The notes below the pieces were generated by a model. The model saw only the letters and a program-made list of their open reading frames with translations. It made no database searches and was not told the origin of the DNA. A DNA stretch of 64,000 nucleotides from Selaginella moellendorffii. Taxonomy: Eukaryota; Plantae; Lycopodiophyta. Positions 51,129 to 63,699 of this stretch are shown in pieces (position 1 is the stretch's first letter; every line of letters begins with the position of its first letter). The stretch covers positions 186,001 through 250,000 of the forward strand of contig NW_003314413.1 in assembly GCF_000143415.4 (NCBI RefSeq). The letters run 5' to 3'. A program made the translations under genes and the position numbers.

Positions 51129-52374
51129 ATGAGGCCGCCAATGCGTGGAAGAGGAGGTAAGATCGATCACTAGAGCGCTGGTGCGTCGAGAATCCTCGCG
51201 CATTGATTGATTCGTCTTGCCAGGGGGCGGGCGCGGCGGGCGCGACGGTGGCGGCAGGGGCCGCGGGCGAGGACGTGGTGGGGGCCGTGATGGCGGAGGC
51301 CGAAGCGGAGGCCGAGGCTTCGGGAGAGGAGGTGGACGGGGCGGGCGTGGCGGTGGCATGAAGGGGGGTGCCAAGGTGTCTTTGGAACCACACCGTCACG
51401 AGGGCATCTTTATTGCGAAAGCGAAAGACGATGCTTTGGTTACCAGAAACCTTGTACCCGGTGAAAGCGTCTACGGCGAGAAAAGGATCACTGTTGAGGT
51501 GGAGTGCTCACTCACTGCAGCATCCTTTATTTTTCTCTCTTGACAAGGAACTGACTCCTCAACTAACTGGTGCTCGGATGTGAAAACAGGCCGATGGAGA
51601 GAAAGTGGAGTATCGGGTTTGGAATCCCTTTCGGTCCAAACTTGCGGCTGCGGTTCTTGGTGGCGTCGATAACATCTGGATTGTAAGTTTGTACGCTTCT
51701 GGAAGTTGCTGGATGTTTCTGCTAAATTTTTTCCTGTCTGAAGAAACCTGGCTCTCGCGTTTTGTATCTTGGAGCCGCTTCAGGGACCACTGTTTCTCAT
51801 GTCTCTGATGTGATCGGCCCTGTAAGTTCGAGTGATATGATGGCGATCGTTTTGTTTTTCTAACAGGGAGTGGTTTCTTGGCAGACTGGAATCGTCTACG
51901 CTGTGGAGTTTTCTCACAGGTGTGGACGTGATCTCGTGAACATGGCAAAGAAGCGGACAAACGTTATTCCCATCATCGAGGACGCTCGCCATCCTGCTCG
52001 TTACAGGATGCTTGTGGGTATGGTGGATGTTATCTTTGCCGACGTTGCGCAGCCTGACCAGGCGCGTATCATAGCACTTAACGCTCACTCCTTTCTGAAA
52101 GCTGATGGCAAGTTCGTCATGTCTATCAAGGTGAGACGAGAGATTTGATTTGATTCACGGGCCTGATGAGATTTTGTGTCTTTGCTACTAGGCAAACTGT
52201 ATCGATTCCACTGCTCCCCCAGAGGCAGTGTTCGCCCAGGAGGTGGCGAAGCTCCAGCAGGAGAAGTTCAAGCCTTATGAGCAAGTGACTTTGGAACCAT
52301 TCGAGAGGGATCACGCGTGCGTTGTGGGAGCGTACCGGGCGTCCAAAAAGCCCAAGGCGCCGTCCGCGGCCTAA
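51129..52374 (+). CDS. FIB: Fibrillarin (rRNA 2'-O-methyltransferase), 6 exons
   Basis: GAR domain, [41 protein letters not shown]; telo-box-like tagggtt motifs upstream. Confidence 0.97.
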
Positions 52375-52499
52375 GGTTGGCAATGCTTTTTTATGGAAGG
52401 TATGGCTTTTAAAAACGGGGGTCCAATTCAGTTTTGTTGAGCAAGTCCATGGATTTCAGAGCACGTCGAGTCCTGCTTGGATCTTTATTCTGTAAAAAT

Positions 52500-53280
52500 T
52501 GGTTTAGCTCAGCAATTTTGGTTGGGCATATGCGGTCGGCATTGCACTGAAGGATTCGAAGGGGCATATCGTTTCAAACACCTTCCTTGATGCACCAAGT
52601 TCTTGTCTGGCATTAAGATTCCCTTCCATGGAATGTGATGTTAGGTTTTGTCGAGGATTTCGTCCTGGGAATATCCCGTGGCTATGCATACGGCATCTTC
52701 GTATGGAAGAGAATCAAGGAGGCATGTAGCAGTGTTGTTACGGAGACAAGATCGTGCTGTGGCATCTGATCGAGGAAGAAGAGCTCCGACTCTTTCAGGA
52801 GACCGCAGTGGACGTAGGCAAAGAGGATTGCCGTGCAAGTCGAGATCCCTTTCACAGGCATGGCAGGGAAGAGCTCCAGATGCCCATGACGGGAGAATGC
52901 TGCAATGGCGCAAGTGCACATCGTGCTCCGGCATATCGTTAAAAGTGATTTGTACATCCGCGAACTGCAATAACGCCCCCAGCATCAGACCAAGTTGTGA
53001 GAAATACTACCTTGGTAGAATCAACATGCCCATTTTCGGTAAATGCAAACAGCACCGTATTTATAGTTCTCTGGCATCAAGTCTGTAACAAATTGTATAT
53101 CTTGAGGCTGCAAAAATTATAGAAGTACATGACACAAGGCTCCAGTACAGCATGCAGCTCAAGAGCCTTTGCGCTTCATCAAAATGCCAGGCAACTAACA
53201 AAAGATCCCAGGTGAAGTTGTCCCTTTTGGCCATACCATGGTAGATTTCAGCTGCGTGTTTGATGTTACCACATCTATGT
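52500..53280 (-). pseudogene. PPR pseudogene fragments
   Basis: FNDMPEHD, AFSRHGHLE, YVHCGLLKESE..DQMPQHDLVS in broken frames. Confidence 0.7.
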
Positions 53281-54934
53281 GCATTTCAATTTGCTTGTTC
53301 TTAAGCATTATTTTTTTTAAATTGTGTTTTTAATGTAAATCAAAAAACATTTAATAAGTTATAGAAATTTTTTCAATAAAGTAATATATTATTATCACTT
53401 ATATAAATATAACTAGCTAAATAATAGATTGATAATGATTGTGAACTATAACATAATATAAACCTCATAAGTCTGCATAATTTCATATAACATTATTTTG
53501 AATAAAAGAATTAAAATTTAAATAATAAAAAAATTACTTATAATTATATTTTTTAATATAGTGATTATAATTACAGTTTCCTTTAAAGCTTGAAAGATTT
53601 AATATTTTAAATCATCATTAATATGACAATAATTAATTTTATTAGGCTTTTTACTTTTCTATTAATTACTCAATACAAAGAGAAATCTAGTGGAAAGAAT
53701 ATAACAAAAATCTCATAATAAAAAATTTAAGAGGTTTAATTTTTCATTTAATATATTATAATTGTGAGTGCATGAAATATAGAAAGGGAATACATAAAAT
53801 GTGCATATCAATTAGCCTAAAAACTTTAGTTTATATATAGGAGCGAGTGGTCCGGATTGAAATCAATCCAACGGCTACTAAAATCCCACTACACTAATAT
53901 TAATATACGGCATCATAACCATACATTTGGCCCTCACATCATCCCCTCCTCTTAGAATAATGGAAGACCATCAGAGTTCTTTTGTAGACAGGCCAGGATT
54001 TGAAGGAATGTCAGAAGGAGGCATTGGCAGATCTATAGGTGGTATTAACTGCTCCTGATCCCTTTGTATGAAATGTTTCAACCACTACACATGCACAATT
54101 TCTAGAGGATCAACCTGCTAGATGTTATTGTAAGCCACAAATTTTTCCTTTCCAATTTTCTAGCTTACCTCGTCTATCCGTTCAACATTGCCTTGGCTTT
54201 TGCTAAGTTCCCTCACCAAGGTTCCCACCTATGGTACCAGCTCCTACTTGGTCCTACTTGGTTTCGCTACTCACTGCACGAGCAACGGAGTGTTAGCCAT
54301 CCATCCACGGATTCCCAAATCTCTCTCAATCCCCCTCCCCAGGTTAGACTAGACTTAAGGTTCGGCTACACTCCCCACAAGCACAAGTAGCCAAGCACAC
54401 CAAGCTTCCAAATTCCTCACATCCCTTGGTACCAAAAGACTTGATCATGGGACCCTCTAAATCCCAAGTCTTGGATGCAACACTTGCTTCAGGATGTCGA
54501 GGCGAAACACCGTGGCCTAACAGCCTGGTATGGGTACCTCTACCCCCCCACTTCCATCCCGAAGGGAAGGTCCAAGCCCCTAGGAAGAGCGAGGACCAAT
54601 GAGCCGCATGGTACTCAAGTGGGGCACCACTCCACATGAGCCGGGAGCACCACAGTCGGTTTCCCTTTCGGGAGTGGGAGCTGCTCTTGAGCACTTCCTT
54701 GGATGGCCCTTCGGCACCAACCAAGTCCATGCTTACTCCCACCCAAGGCCCCCCAGTCCCAATCCCAACCTCAAGTCAGTTTGGAAGCCCCATTGGAGAG
54801 TTCCTTCAAAACTAGTTTCTAGACCTCACTATCCCTACTATACTTTTGGAACCCCCTGCACCCCTCCCCCCCCCCCCCCCTGGGAAAAGCACGCTTTGGG
54901 CTTTCACCCCTTGACCCGTATTAGTACTCGGACT

Positions 54935-55200
54935 TAGTCTCTAGCTCGATCTCGGACTCGATCTCGGATCCAACTTCGGATTCGATCTCGGACTCGATCT
55001 TGGACTCGACCTCGGACCCGATCTCAGACCTGACCCCGGACTCGACCCCGGACTCAGTCTCGGACCCGATTTCGGATCTCGGACTCCGTCTCAAACTCGG
55101 TCTTGAACTCGGTCTTGAACTTGGTCTCCGAGTTGGCCTCGGACTCGATTCCAGACTCTATCTCGAACTCGGTTTGAGAGTTGGTCTTGGACTCGATTTC
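54935..55200. repeat. Hexamer/dodecamer tandem array (ctcgga/ctcgat) within the chromovirus LTR; mirrored at 58860-59065
   Basis: Directly visible 6/12-bp periodicity. Confidence 0.85.
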
Positions 55201-55863
55201 ATGCCAAGAGCCCATGACAACGGAATATAGGTGTCCCTATACTCCTCAACTCACCACGCCTTAGTATGGGGTCGGGACTTGAACCCAGCCTTGCTTTATT
55301 AGGGGCTTGGGACTTGAACCCAACCTCCGTAGAATACATCTACGGATTCGACATCCCCGCAAGGAGTCGGGTGTAGTTCCCTATGTCTGGTCGACCTAGC
55401 TAACCCATGCTAATTAGCTTACCTTCAGCGCACTTTCGGGTCCCAACATATGCTATTGCTCAACTTCTCAAATTGATACTTTTAATTGAACTTTGCATAA
55501 GTACATAGAGTTTTACCTTGCAGAAATTCCTCCACTAGATCTCGTGCGTTCGCTAGGTTCTCCTTCGGTTCCCATGTTGCTTCGCAGTGTGGAAATCCAT
55601 TCCACTTCACATGGAACTCTCTCACATCGCGTCCTTGTCGCTTGCTTTTGCGCGCACTGATGATGGCCTCGACTTTGTATTCCTCTTCCCCTTGGATAAT
55701 CTCAGGTAAAGGTCTTACTTGGTCCTTGCGAAGTGGATCCTCAAAATACGGCTTGAGTAAGTTCATGTGGAACACGGGGTGCATCTTCCCCATCTCTCGA
55801 GGAAGTCGGAGATGGTAAGCCACTTTACCGATTCGAGCCTCAATCTCGTAAGGCCCCGCGAAC

Positions 55864-55915
55864 CTGCTTAAGGAACTCAAGATCAATTCATTTACAGGAA
55901 TACATGCATTTTTAC
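55864..55915 (-). other. 52-nt GT-AG intron within the retrotransposon integrase
   Basis: CAAAG|gtaaaa...aagcag|GTTC; removal gives RKLTQRFAGPY. Confidence 0.8.
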
Positions 55916-56333
55916 CTTTGGGTCAACTTCCGGCTGATCCCACTTGGTAGCCTGAGGTTCTTGGTGTTCAGCCACACCTTCTCCCCAGCTTGGAACTCTA
56001 CATCCCAGCGCTTCTGGTTCGCGTACTTAGTTTGCCTTTGTTAAGCTTGTTCTAAGGAATCCCTCACTAAATTCCAAATGTTGAGTCTTTCCACCGTGAA
56101 TGCCTCCACTGCGGGTAACTCTCCATGATACTCGGCCACGCCGAGTTCCACAGGACCTTCAATAGCTCGCCCATTGATGACTTCCCATGGACTCACCCCG
56201 ATGCTCGAATGTGGTGAGTTGTTATAACACATTTCCACAAGTCCCAAATGACTTACCCAATCAGTCTGGTTTCCCGAGACATAGCATCGCAAATAATCCT
56301 CCAACTACCTATTCACCCTTTTCATTTGTCCGT

Positions 56334-56380
56334 CCGTCAAGAAGTGTTAGTGCTATCAATCTTGACTTAATACCCATTAC
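56334..56380 (-). other. 47-nt intron-like insertion in the integrase core (acceptor reads GG)
   Basis: ACAG|gtaatg...cactaac...tgacgg|ACGGA; removal gives HLQTDGQ. Confidence 0.7.
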
Positions 56381-57954
56381 CTGTCTGCAGGTGATAGGCT
56401 GTGCTGAATTTCAACTTGGTGTGATACTGTTCTAGAAGTGTCCTCCAGAACCTACTGGTGAAGATCTTATCTCGATCTGAGATAATCTCTTCCGGCCTTC
56501 CCCGCACTCGAACCACTTGTTTGAAGAACAGCTTCGCCACACCTTCCGCATCCACTTCCGTTGTGGTGGGTATGAAATGTGCCATCTTTGAAAATCGATC
56601 CACCACCATGAATATCACATCGAACCCTTCGCTTGGGGGAAGTCCCGTGATGAAGTCCATCATAAGACTTTTCCACAGACGATTTGGAATTAGGATGCTT
56701 TGTAACAAGCCCCCACTAACCTTAGTCACGACTTTGACCTACTGACATGTTGGACATGTCTTTACATAGTCTTGGATATCCTTAGCCATATCTAGCCAGT
56801 GGTACTTCCTCTTGAGTAAGCCCATTGTCTTGGGCACTCTGCCGTGTCCCGCAAAAGGTCTGTCATGACACTTTTCTAAGGCTACCTTCCTTAGTTCCCT
56901 TTTTGGAACATACACACTCGTTTGCTTGTAATATATGAGTCCGTTGTGTTCCGCATAGCCCATTTTTTCTTCCATTGGCAGCTCACCTCTCTGGTGAGCT
57001 TCCCGTGCCTCCAGATTCCTCAGCAACACTTCTTGTGCTAGACCATCATTTTCATATGCGGTCCGCACATCATCCCAAAAGGTTGTTGTCGCGCTAGATA
57101 TTGCCAACTTCAAGCTCGCTTTTCGACTTAGCACATCTGCCACGATGTTGCTCTTCCCAGGCTTGTACAGAATCTCACAATCAAACTCGGCCAAAGCATT
57201 GGCCCACCGACCTTATTTTCCCCTCAGGTCGGGCTATGACAAGAAGTGTTTCATTGCCACATTGTCCGTGTAAACCTTGAAGTGTCTCCCAAGGTAGTGT
57301 TGCCACTCCTTGAGCACTTTGACCACCGCAAACAATTCCTTCTCATGGGCAGGCCACTTCTGTTGAGCCTTGTCCAACTTCTTCGAGAAGAACGCTATTG
57401 AATGGTTGTCTTGCTTCAAAACTGCGCCCAACGCAAAGTCTAAAGCATCTGTTTCTACCTCAAAGTCCTTACCAAAGTCTGGTAACGCCAACACGGGAGC
57501 CTTCCTCAACTTCCCCTTAAGGTGGACAAATGTCGCCTCGCATTCCACTGTCCATACCATCTTCTTTTTTCTCGTTTGGTCCGTTAAGGGTAGGGCTACT
57601 CTCGAATAGTGTTTGATAAACTTTCGATAGTAGTTGCATAACCCCAAGAATGCCCTTAACTCGTGTACATTTGATGGTCGCTCCCAATCCTGGATCGCTT
57701 GGACCTTCTCAGGGTCCACCTTGAGCCTGTCCTTGCCCACCACATGCCCGAGAAACTTTACCTTTTGTTGAGCGAAGTCACATTTGCTCTCTTTAGCATA
57801 CAACTGGTGTTCCCTTAGTTTCTCAAACACCTTCGTCAAGTGTTTGGCATGCTCCTCTAGTGTTTCGCTATAGATTAGGATGTCGTTAATATAGACGACC
57901 ACAAAGTGATTCAGATAGGGTACAAAGATATGGTTCATCATCGCCGAAAACGTT

Positions 57955-58054
57955 NNNNNNNNNNNNNNNNNNNNNNNNNNNNNNNNNNNNNNNNNNNNNN
58001 NNNNNNNNNNNNNNNNNNNNNNNNNNNNNNNNNNNNNNNNNNNNNNNNNNNNNN
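57955..58054. other. Assembly gap (100 N)
   Basis: Run of N. Confidence 1.
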
Positions 58055-59763
58055 CCTCGAGAGATGGGGAAGATGCACCTAATGTTCTATATGAACTTAC
58101 TCAAGCCATATTTTGAGGATCTGCTTCACAAGGACCAAGTAAGACCTTTACTTGAGGTTATCCAAGGGGAAAAGGAATACGAAATTAAGGCCATCCTTAA
58201 TGCATGCAAGAGCAAGCGACAAAGATGCGAAGTGAGAGAGTTCCATGTGAAGTGGAAAGGATTTTTATACTGTGAAGCAACATGGGAACCAAAGGAGAAC
58301 CTTGCAAATGCACAAAATTTAGTAGAGGAATTTTTGCATAGCAAAACTCTATGTACTTACGCAAAGTTCAATTAAAAGTATCAATTTGTGAAGTTGAGCA
58401 ATGGCATATGTTAGGACCCGAAGGCGCGCTGAAAATAAACTAATTAGCATGGGTTAGTTATGTCGACCAAGCATAGGGAACTACACCCAACTCCCCACGG
58501 AAATGTCGAATCCATAGATGTATTCTACAGAGGTTGGGTTCAAGTCCCAACCCCCTAGTAAAGCAAGGTTGGGTTCAAGTCCTGACCCCATATTAGGGCG
58601 TGGTGAGGTGAGGGGTATAGGGACACCTTTATTTCATTGTCATGGGCTCTTAGCTGGGGAGGTTAACTTAGGCACACCACTAAGTGGGGGGATGCCTCTG
58701 GAGACATGGTCAACAAGTCGTAGAATTAAAAAGAGACGTTTGATGTGGGCATCAAACTTCTTCTATGGGTGGTGGAGTTGTAAAGAACGAATTCCCTAAG
58801 GTGTCGTAAGCTAAAAAATCCCCAAAAGCACGACCGAAATGATAAAGAGTTCATCGGATAGGACCGAGTCCAAGACCGACTTTGAGACCGAGTTCGAGAT
58901 AGAGTCCGGGATCAAGTCCGAGGCTGACTCCAAGACTGAGTTCGAGACTGAGTTCGAGATCGAGTTCAAGACAGAGTCCGAGATCCAAAATCAGGTCCAA
59001 GACCAAGTCCGAGGTCAAGTCCGAGATTGGGTCCCGAGATCGAGTCCGAGACTTAGACCAAGTTTGAGTACTAATACAGGTCAAGGGGTGAAAGCCCAAA
59101 GTGTGTGTCTCCTGGGGGGGGGGGCCTATAGGGGGTTCCAAAAGTATAGTAGGGATAGTGAGGTCCAGAAAGTAGTCTTAAAGGAACTCTCCAGTGGTGC
59201 TTCCAAACTGACTTAAGGTTGAGACTAGGACCGAGGGGCCTTGGGTGGGAGTGAGCATGGACTTAGGTGGCGTCGGAGGGGCCACCCAAGGAAGTGCTCA
59301 AGAGCAACTCCCACTTCTAGAAAGGAAATTGATTGCAGTGGGGGGGGGTTGAGGTACCCGTATCGGGCTGTTAGGCCACAGTGTTTTGCTCTGGCGTCCC
59401 GAAGCAAGTGTTGCACCCAAGGCTTAAGATTTAGTGGGTCCCATGATCAAGTCTTGTTGTACCAAGGGATGTTAGGAACTTAGAAGCTTGGTGTGCTTGG
59501 CTACTTGTGCCTGTAGAGAGTGTAGCCGAACCTTAAGTTCAATTTAACCCGGGGAGGGGGATTGGGAGAGATTTGGGAATCCGTGGATGGATGGCTAACA
59601 CTCCATTGCTCGTGCAGTGAGTAGCTAAAACCAAGTAGGACCAAGTAAGAACTGGTACAATAGGTGAGAACCTTAGTGAGAGAACTTAGCTAAAAGCCAA
59701 GGCAGTGTTGGACGGATAAACAAGTAAGCTGGTAAATTGGAAAGGAAAATTTTATAGCTTACA
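58055..59763 (+). mobile_element. Chromovirus copy 2: chromodomain, PPT and 3' LTR 58779-59763 (TGTAA...TTACA)
   Basis: Reverse complement of 54129-55800; purine-rich atgggtggtggagt precedes tgtaaag. Confidence 0.9.
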
Positions 59764-60840
59764 CACGAGTGGCTACGCTCAAACCATTATACCACTGCAA
59801 TGCCATCCCTTGGAGACACGTGGGAAACTCACACAAACATCAAACATCATCCCAAGAATGATATGTGGCAATCACCATGAAGTGATCGAACCAATAGTAC
59901 ACATCATCCCCAGGATTCCCGCAAAAGAACTCCGATTGAATGCGAGGATTGGTACCAAAAGTAGGAGGAGTTGTAACCATGTGCCGTGAATGCTGCCATC
60001 AATTGAGTTTAGTTGTTCAATTGCAAGCGCATAGCATCAAGCAATTGTACCAATTGCTACTCCAAAGTCAAAAGAGGAGATTGTTGATCTGCCATGAAGA
60101 TGAACAAAAAAAAAAAGAGCAAAAGAGAAATGACAAAAGTTAGAAGGAAATGGTAAATTTAGACAATGCAAAAAGCTAAATCTAAACCAAAATTTTGAAA
60201 AAAAAGAACAAAAGAAAGGAAATGGAAAAACCTAGATCTAGACAATGCAAAAGCTAGGTCTAAACCAAAATCCCAAATCTAAACACTTCTCAGGGACAAT
60301 CAAAAGTGCCCCTCACCTCTACCAATATGAGTGTTTGGAATATGGAAAGGGAATATAGAAAATATGCATATCAATTAGCCCGAAAACCCTAATCTATATA
60401 CAGGAACGAGTGGTCTGGATTGAAATCAATCTGACAGCTACTAAAATCCCATTATGTTAATATTAGTATACAACATACACTTGGCCCTCACATAATGAAT
60501 TTTATTTATAAAAAAATATTTGTTCTAATGTTTTTCATTACAACATATATAAACCTATTAAAGATTTTGATGGAAAGGTGATAAGTTTAATATTATAACA
60601 GTTGAATTAATCAACTCAAAATTTTAATGGAAGGTGATTTCTTTTTAATATTATAAGAATTATAACTAAAAAAAGTATATTAACTCAATAAAAATATATT
60701 TAATGCTAGATTTTATTAATTTTACTATGGATTTACAAAATAAAATTCTTTAAATGGTCTGGATTTAATGTTTTTTATTTTTTATTTTTAAAAGAAAGTT
60801 ATTGTTCATTATATGTTTCAAATATCATACCACCTATTTA

Positions 60841-62262
60841 CTAAGTTACTTGTAATTCCTGAAGGTTTAGCCCGCCAATGAATTTCCTTTCCAAGCTTCC
60901 AAGGTAAAGATAATCTCCAACTTCCAAGCCTGTCGTTACAAATCCCACCACCTTCCCCGTTGGATCCTCATAGAACGCCAGCGGTCGCCCATCCTCGCTC
61001 ACTCTCAATACCTTGGCCATCCTCGCATTCCCAAAGAATTTATCGAGAACTTCGGGTTGCGCTATGATGTACTTCAATGCTGGTATTTTCAAGATCATGT
61101 CGCTCAGCCATGTCCTCCCCTGATCAATCCAGGAATGCTTATGAGCCTCACGAGTTGGATTAATGCTTGGATCGAACTTACCGACACCAATGCTATCCAG
61201 AATCCACCATGGCCATCGCGCTTGACATTGTCCGGCTGCCCCAGCAAGTTGTCCATGAACACCTCCATGGTTCCCGCTTTCTTACCTTTCAGCCAGTACT
61301 TCATGCACCTCACCTTGGAAAGCCAGGACGCGCGAAATTAAGCTTCAGTGGCCAGCGCATGATCGAGATGACTTACATGGATGTCTCGCTCACCACTAGA
61401 AAGTCCTCCTTGGCAGAGAGCGAGACTCCATTCGCAAAAAACATGTTCTTGCGCAGGACTGTGGTGGTGCGAGTCGCGGGGTCGTACTTCAAGAGCCTGC
61501 CGTTTGGGCGGCACTGGAGGACGTCCAGTTTGGCCTTCTCCAGCGGAAACTTGCTCGTCGCATCAGTGAAGTAGATGGTGCCATCCTTCGCAACGTCTAA
61601 TCCATTAGCCACCCTGTGCCGGACATACAGATCCAGCGAGATCACAGCAATGGGAACAAAGCTCTCGAATCAACAAGGATGGAAACAAAGCTCTTGAAAT
61701 CACCTCATCGTCCTCTTCACAAGGACGATAAAAGAGATCTGACACTCACATGAATTTGACACCATCGGCTTCGCTCGAGAGAACCTCCACGCGCTTATCC
61801 CGAGTGATGTTGAGCAGCCCCTGCGCGAGAGAAACAGGATGAGCGGTCTCAATCCCAATTCGGATTTGTCAAATCAAACAGAACTCTGCCTGGCACGCAG
61901 ACGAGCAAATTCTTTTGTTGCCCGCGCACGACCCCAAGCGTAGGGCCTCCCACATTCACCCAGTTCTCCACCTCGCCAGTCTTTCGAGACACCCTCTTGA
62001 TCCACCCGTCGGAGCAGCCGGTGTAGAGCACGCCATTGTCGTCGTCCAAGGAAATGTCCTCGGGACCGGGAAGCTCTCCCACGCCAATCACCTCCGCCTG
62101 TTGGAGCACTGTGTTCACCGCGAACAATCCTTCCCTCTTTGGAGTTGGAGGCCAGTCCGAGGGCAGTGGATCAATCCCCGCGCGGCGGACGATTGCCGTC
62201 CATATCACCGATGCGGCTATGCCGATGATCACAGCTAGAATCGCCACAAGAAGGAATCCCAT
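60841..62262 (-). CDS. Strictosidine synthase-like (SSL/APMAP-type) beta-propeller protein
   Basis: N-terminal TM, GPED, YTGCSDGWI, IYFTDAT, GRLLKYDP, FANGV, PDNV..GGFWIAL, LYLGSL; one acceptor site is ambiguous. Confidence 0.88.
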
Positions 62263-62485
62263 TGGCACTCGCGACGCGAGAGGATCGAACAAGAGTGGAA
62301 GAGACTTCTACGAGTGAGTGAACATTCCGTTTGGAGGAGCTGGATATTCTGGTCGACAGCAAACATTCCGTTTGGTATTCTGGCACGTTTTAACCGTTTC
62401 CTCCGCTTCTAGGTGGGCAATAAAGGATTTAAAACATGTAATAATAATAATAATTACAAGCACAAAAGCACGCGTCACCCATATA

Positions 62486-63480
62486 TCATACAGCGTTTTT
62501 AATCGTGGTGCTGTACGGCTCCTTTCTCCCGTCGTGCTTGACGAAATCGTAGTAGTAACTCCACAACATCACGCCGCCGTACTTGCTCGACTCCTTGATC
62601 TTCGGAAGAACCTGTTGCTTGAGAACTTTCGCGGGCATGTATCCGTCCTTGGTGGAGGGGCTGTCGGTGGCGCCGCTCAAGCTTGCTGGCAGGCCGAAGA
62701 AGACCTTCTTCACTGGAACTTTGGTCGTCCACTTGTGCCAAGCCGCGAACACGTTGTCCAGAGTCTTGTTTGGGTTGTCCTGGCAGTTGTGATTGTTGTA
62801 GAACTGGACCCAGGCGTAGTCGAACACGCCCGTGTTGAGAGCCGGGCCGAGGAACTCGTCCGGGAACGGGCACTGCGGGGCTGCGGACAAGAGCACCGGC
62901 CTGTCTTTGGTGGAGCGGAGCTTAATCTGCTTGGCAAGCTGAGTGTAGCCGGTTTGAGTCGAGGTCATCTCCATGTCGAAGTCGATCCCGTCCAGCACCG
63001 CGTCGCCGAGAGGCCTGGAGCTGCTGTTTCCTGCTCCTCTTCCCAGAAAGTTGTTCCACAGATAGTCCGATACGGCTATGGCGTCCTTGTCCGAGACAAT
63101 GCTGTAGTTGCCTTCGGCCCCACCGAGCGAAAGGAACGCCCTGACACCTTTGCTCTGGCAGAACTTTACGTCCTGTCCGACTGGACCACAGTTGATAGCG
63201 CTGCCGTTGATGGCACTGCCGCTGACACCCCCGCAGTGATCAGCGAGGTCCAGCTTTGGAGCTCTCCCGTCGCCAAACACGCTGAGGAAGCTGAGCACGA
63301 CGATGCCGTAGTTCCCCGTCTCACAGGCTGTTTTGAGACTGCCTTCCTTCTCGTAAGTTCCCAGTATACAACGACTGTGCCATTAGCCCTCTTCTTGCAG
63401 TCTACTCCGGAAACTAAGCTAGATGCGACTAGAGTAAGCACAAGAGAAACCAAATTACTCACAAGTCCCCTGGTCTTCAT
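62486..63480 (-). pseudogene. Class III (GH18, hevamine-like) chitinase with a 1-nt frameshift near 63360
   Basis: Signal peptide, VYW[G], LSLGGAEG, LDGIDFDME, AAPQCPFPD, WVQFYNN, YGGVMLW; TGG GA ACT lacks one G. Confidence 0.8.
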
Positions 63481-63699
63481 TCTCCTTCGCTTCCGTGGCC
63501 CTCCAGTTCCCACCTATTAGGACAGATGAGTCCATGACAAAGAGCTTAGCTTACCTTGTGCTCGAGTTTGCCTTAAGTCGTCCAAATTGCTGCAGCTGTG
63601 CAACACTGTCAAGATCGAAACTTATTTGTCGCTCGATGACTGTCTCGAAGAAGTGCTCGAAAAAGCAACACACTTTATTGGTGGCCACGTCGGGCGTGA

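Larger units (their letters stand above)
54129..57954 (-). mobile_element. Chromodomain-bearing Gypsy element (chromovirus), copy 1: RT-RNaseH-IN-chromodomain plus 3' LTR; PPT and LTR start deleted
   Basis: YINDILIYS, ETDALDFALGAVL, HHCC, MDFITGLP, SDRD, GPY, chromodomain VKWNGF..ATWEP; nonsense mutations present. Confidence 0.93.
53763..60492 (-). mobile_element. Ty3/Gypsy element B (same family as A): LTRs 60326-60492 and 53763-53938, PBS 60306-60325, 4-bp TSD TAAT; hosts nested chromoviruses
   Basis: LTRs match those of element A; PPT aagaggagggga next to the 3' LTR; gag start at 59764-60300; taat on both flanks. Confidence 0.85.

Noticed and set aside
51500-52191. Intronic C/D snoRNA in fibrillarin (as known for Arabidopsis U60)
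   Set aside because: Introns are ~60-90 nt and show no properly ordered RTGATGA...CTGA pair with a terminal stem.
62318-63520. 400-aa plus-strand ORF
   Set aside because: Antisense shadow of the chitinase with no recognisable motifs.
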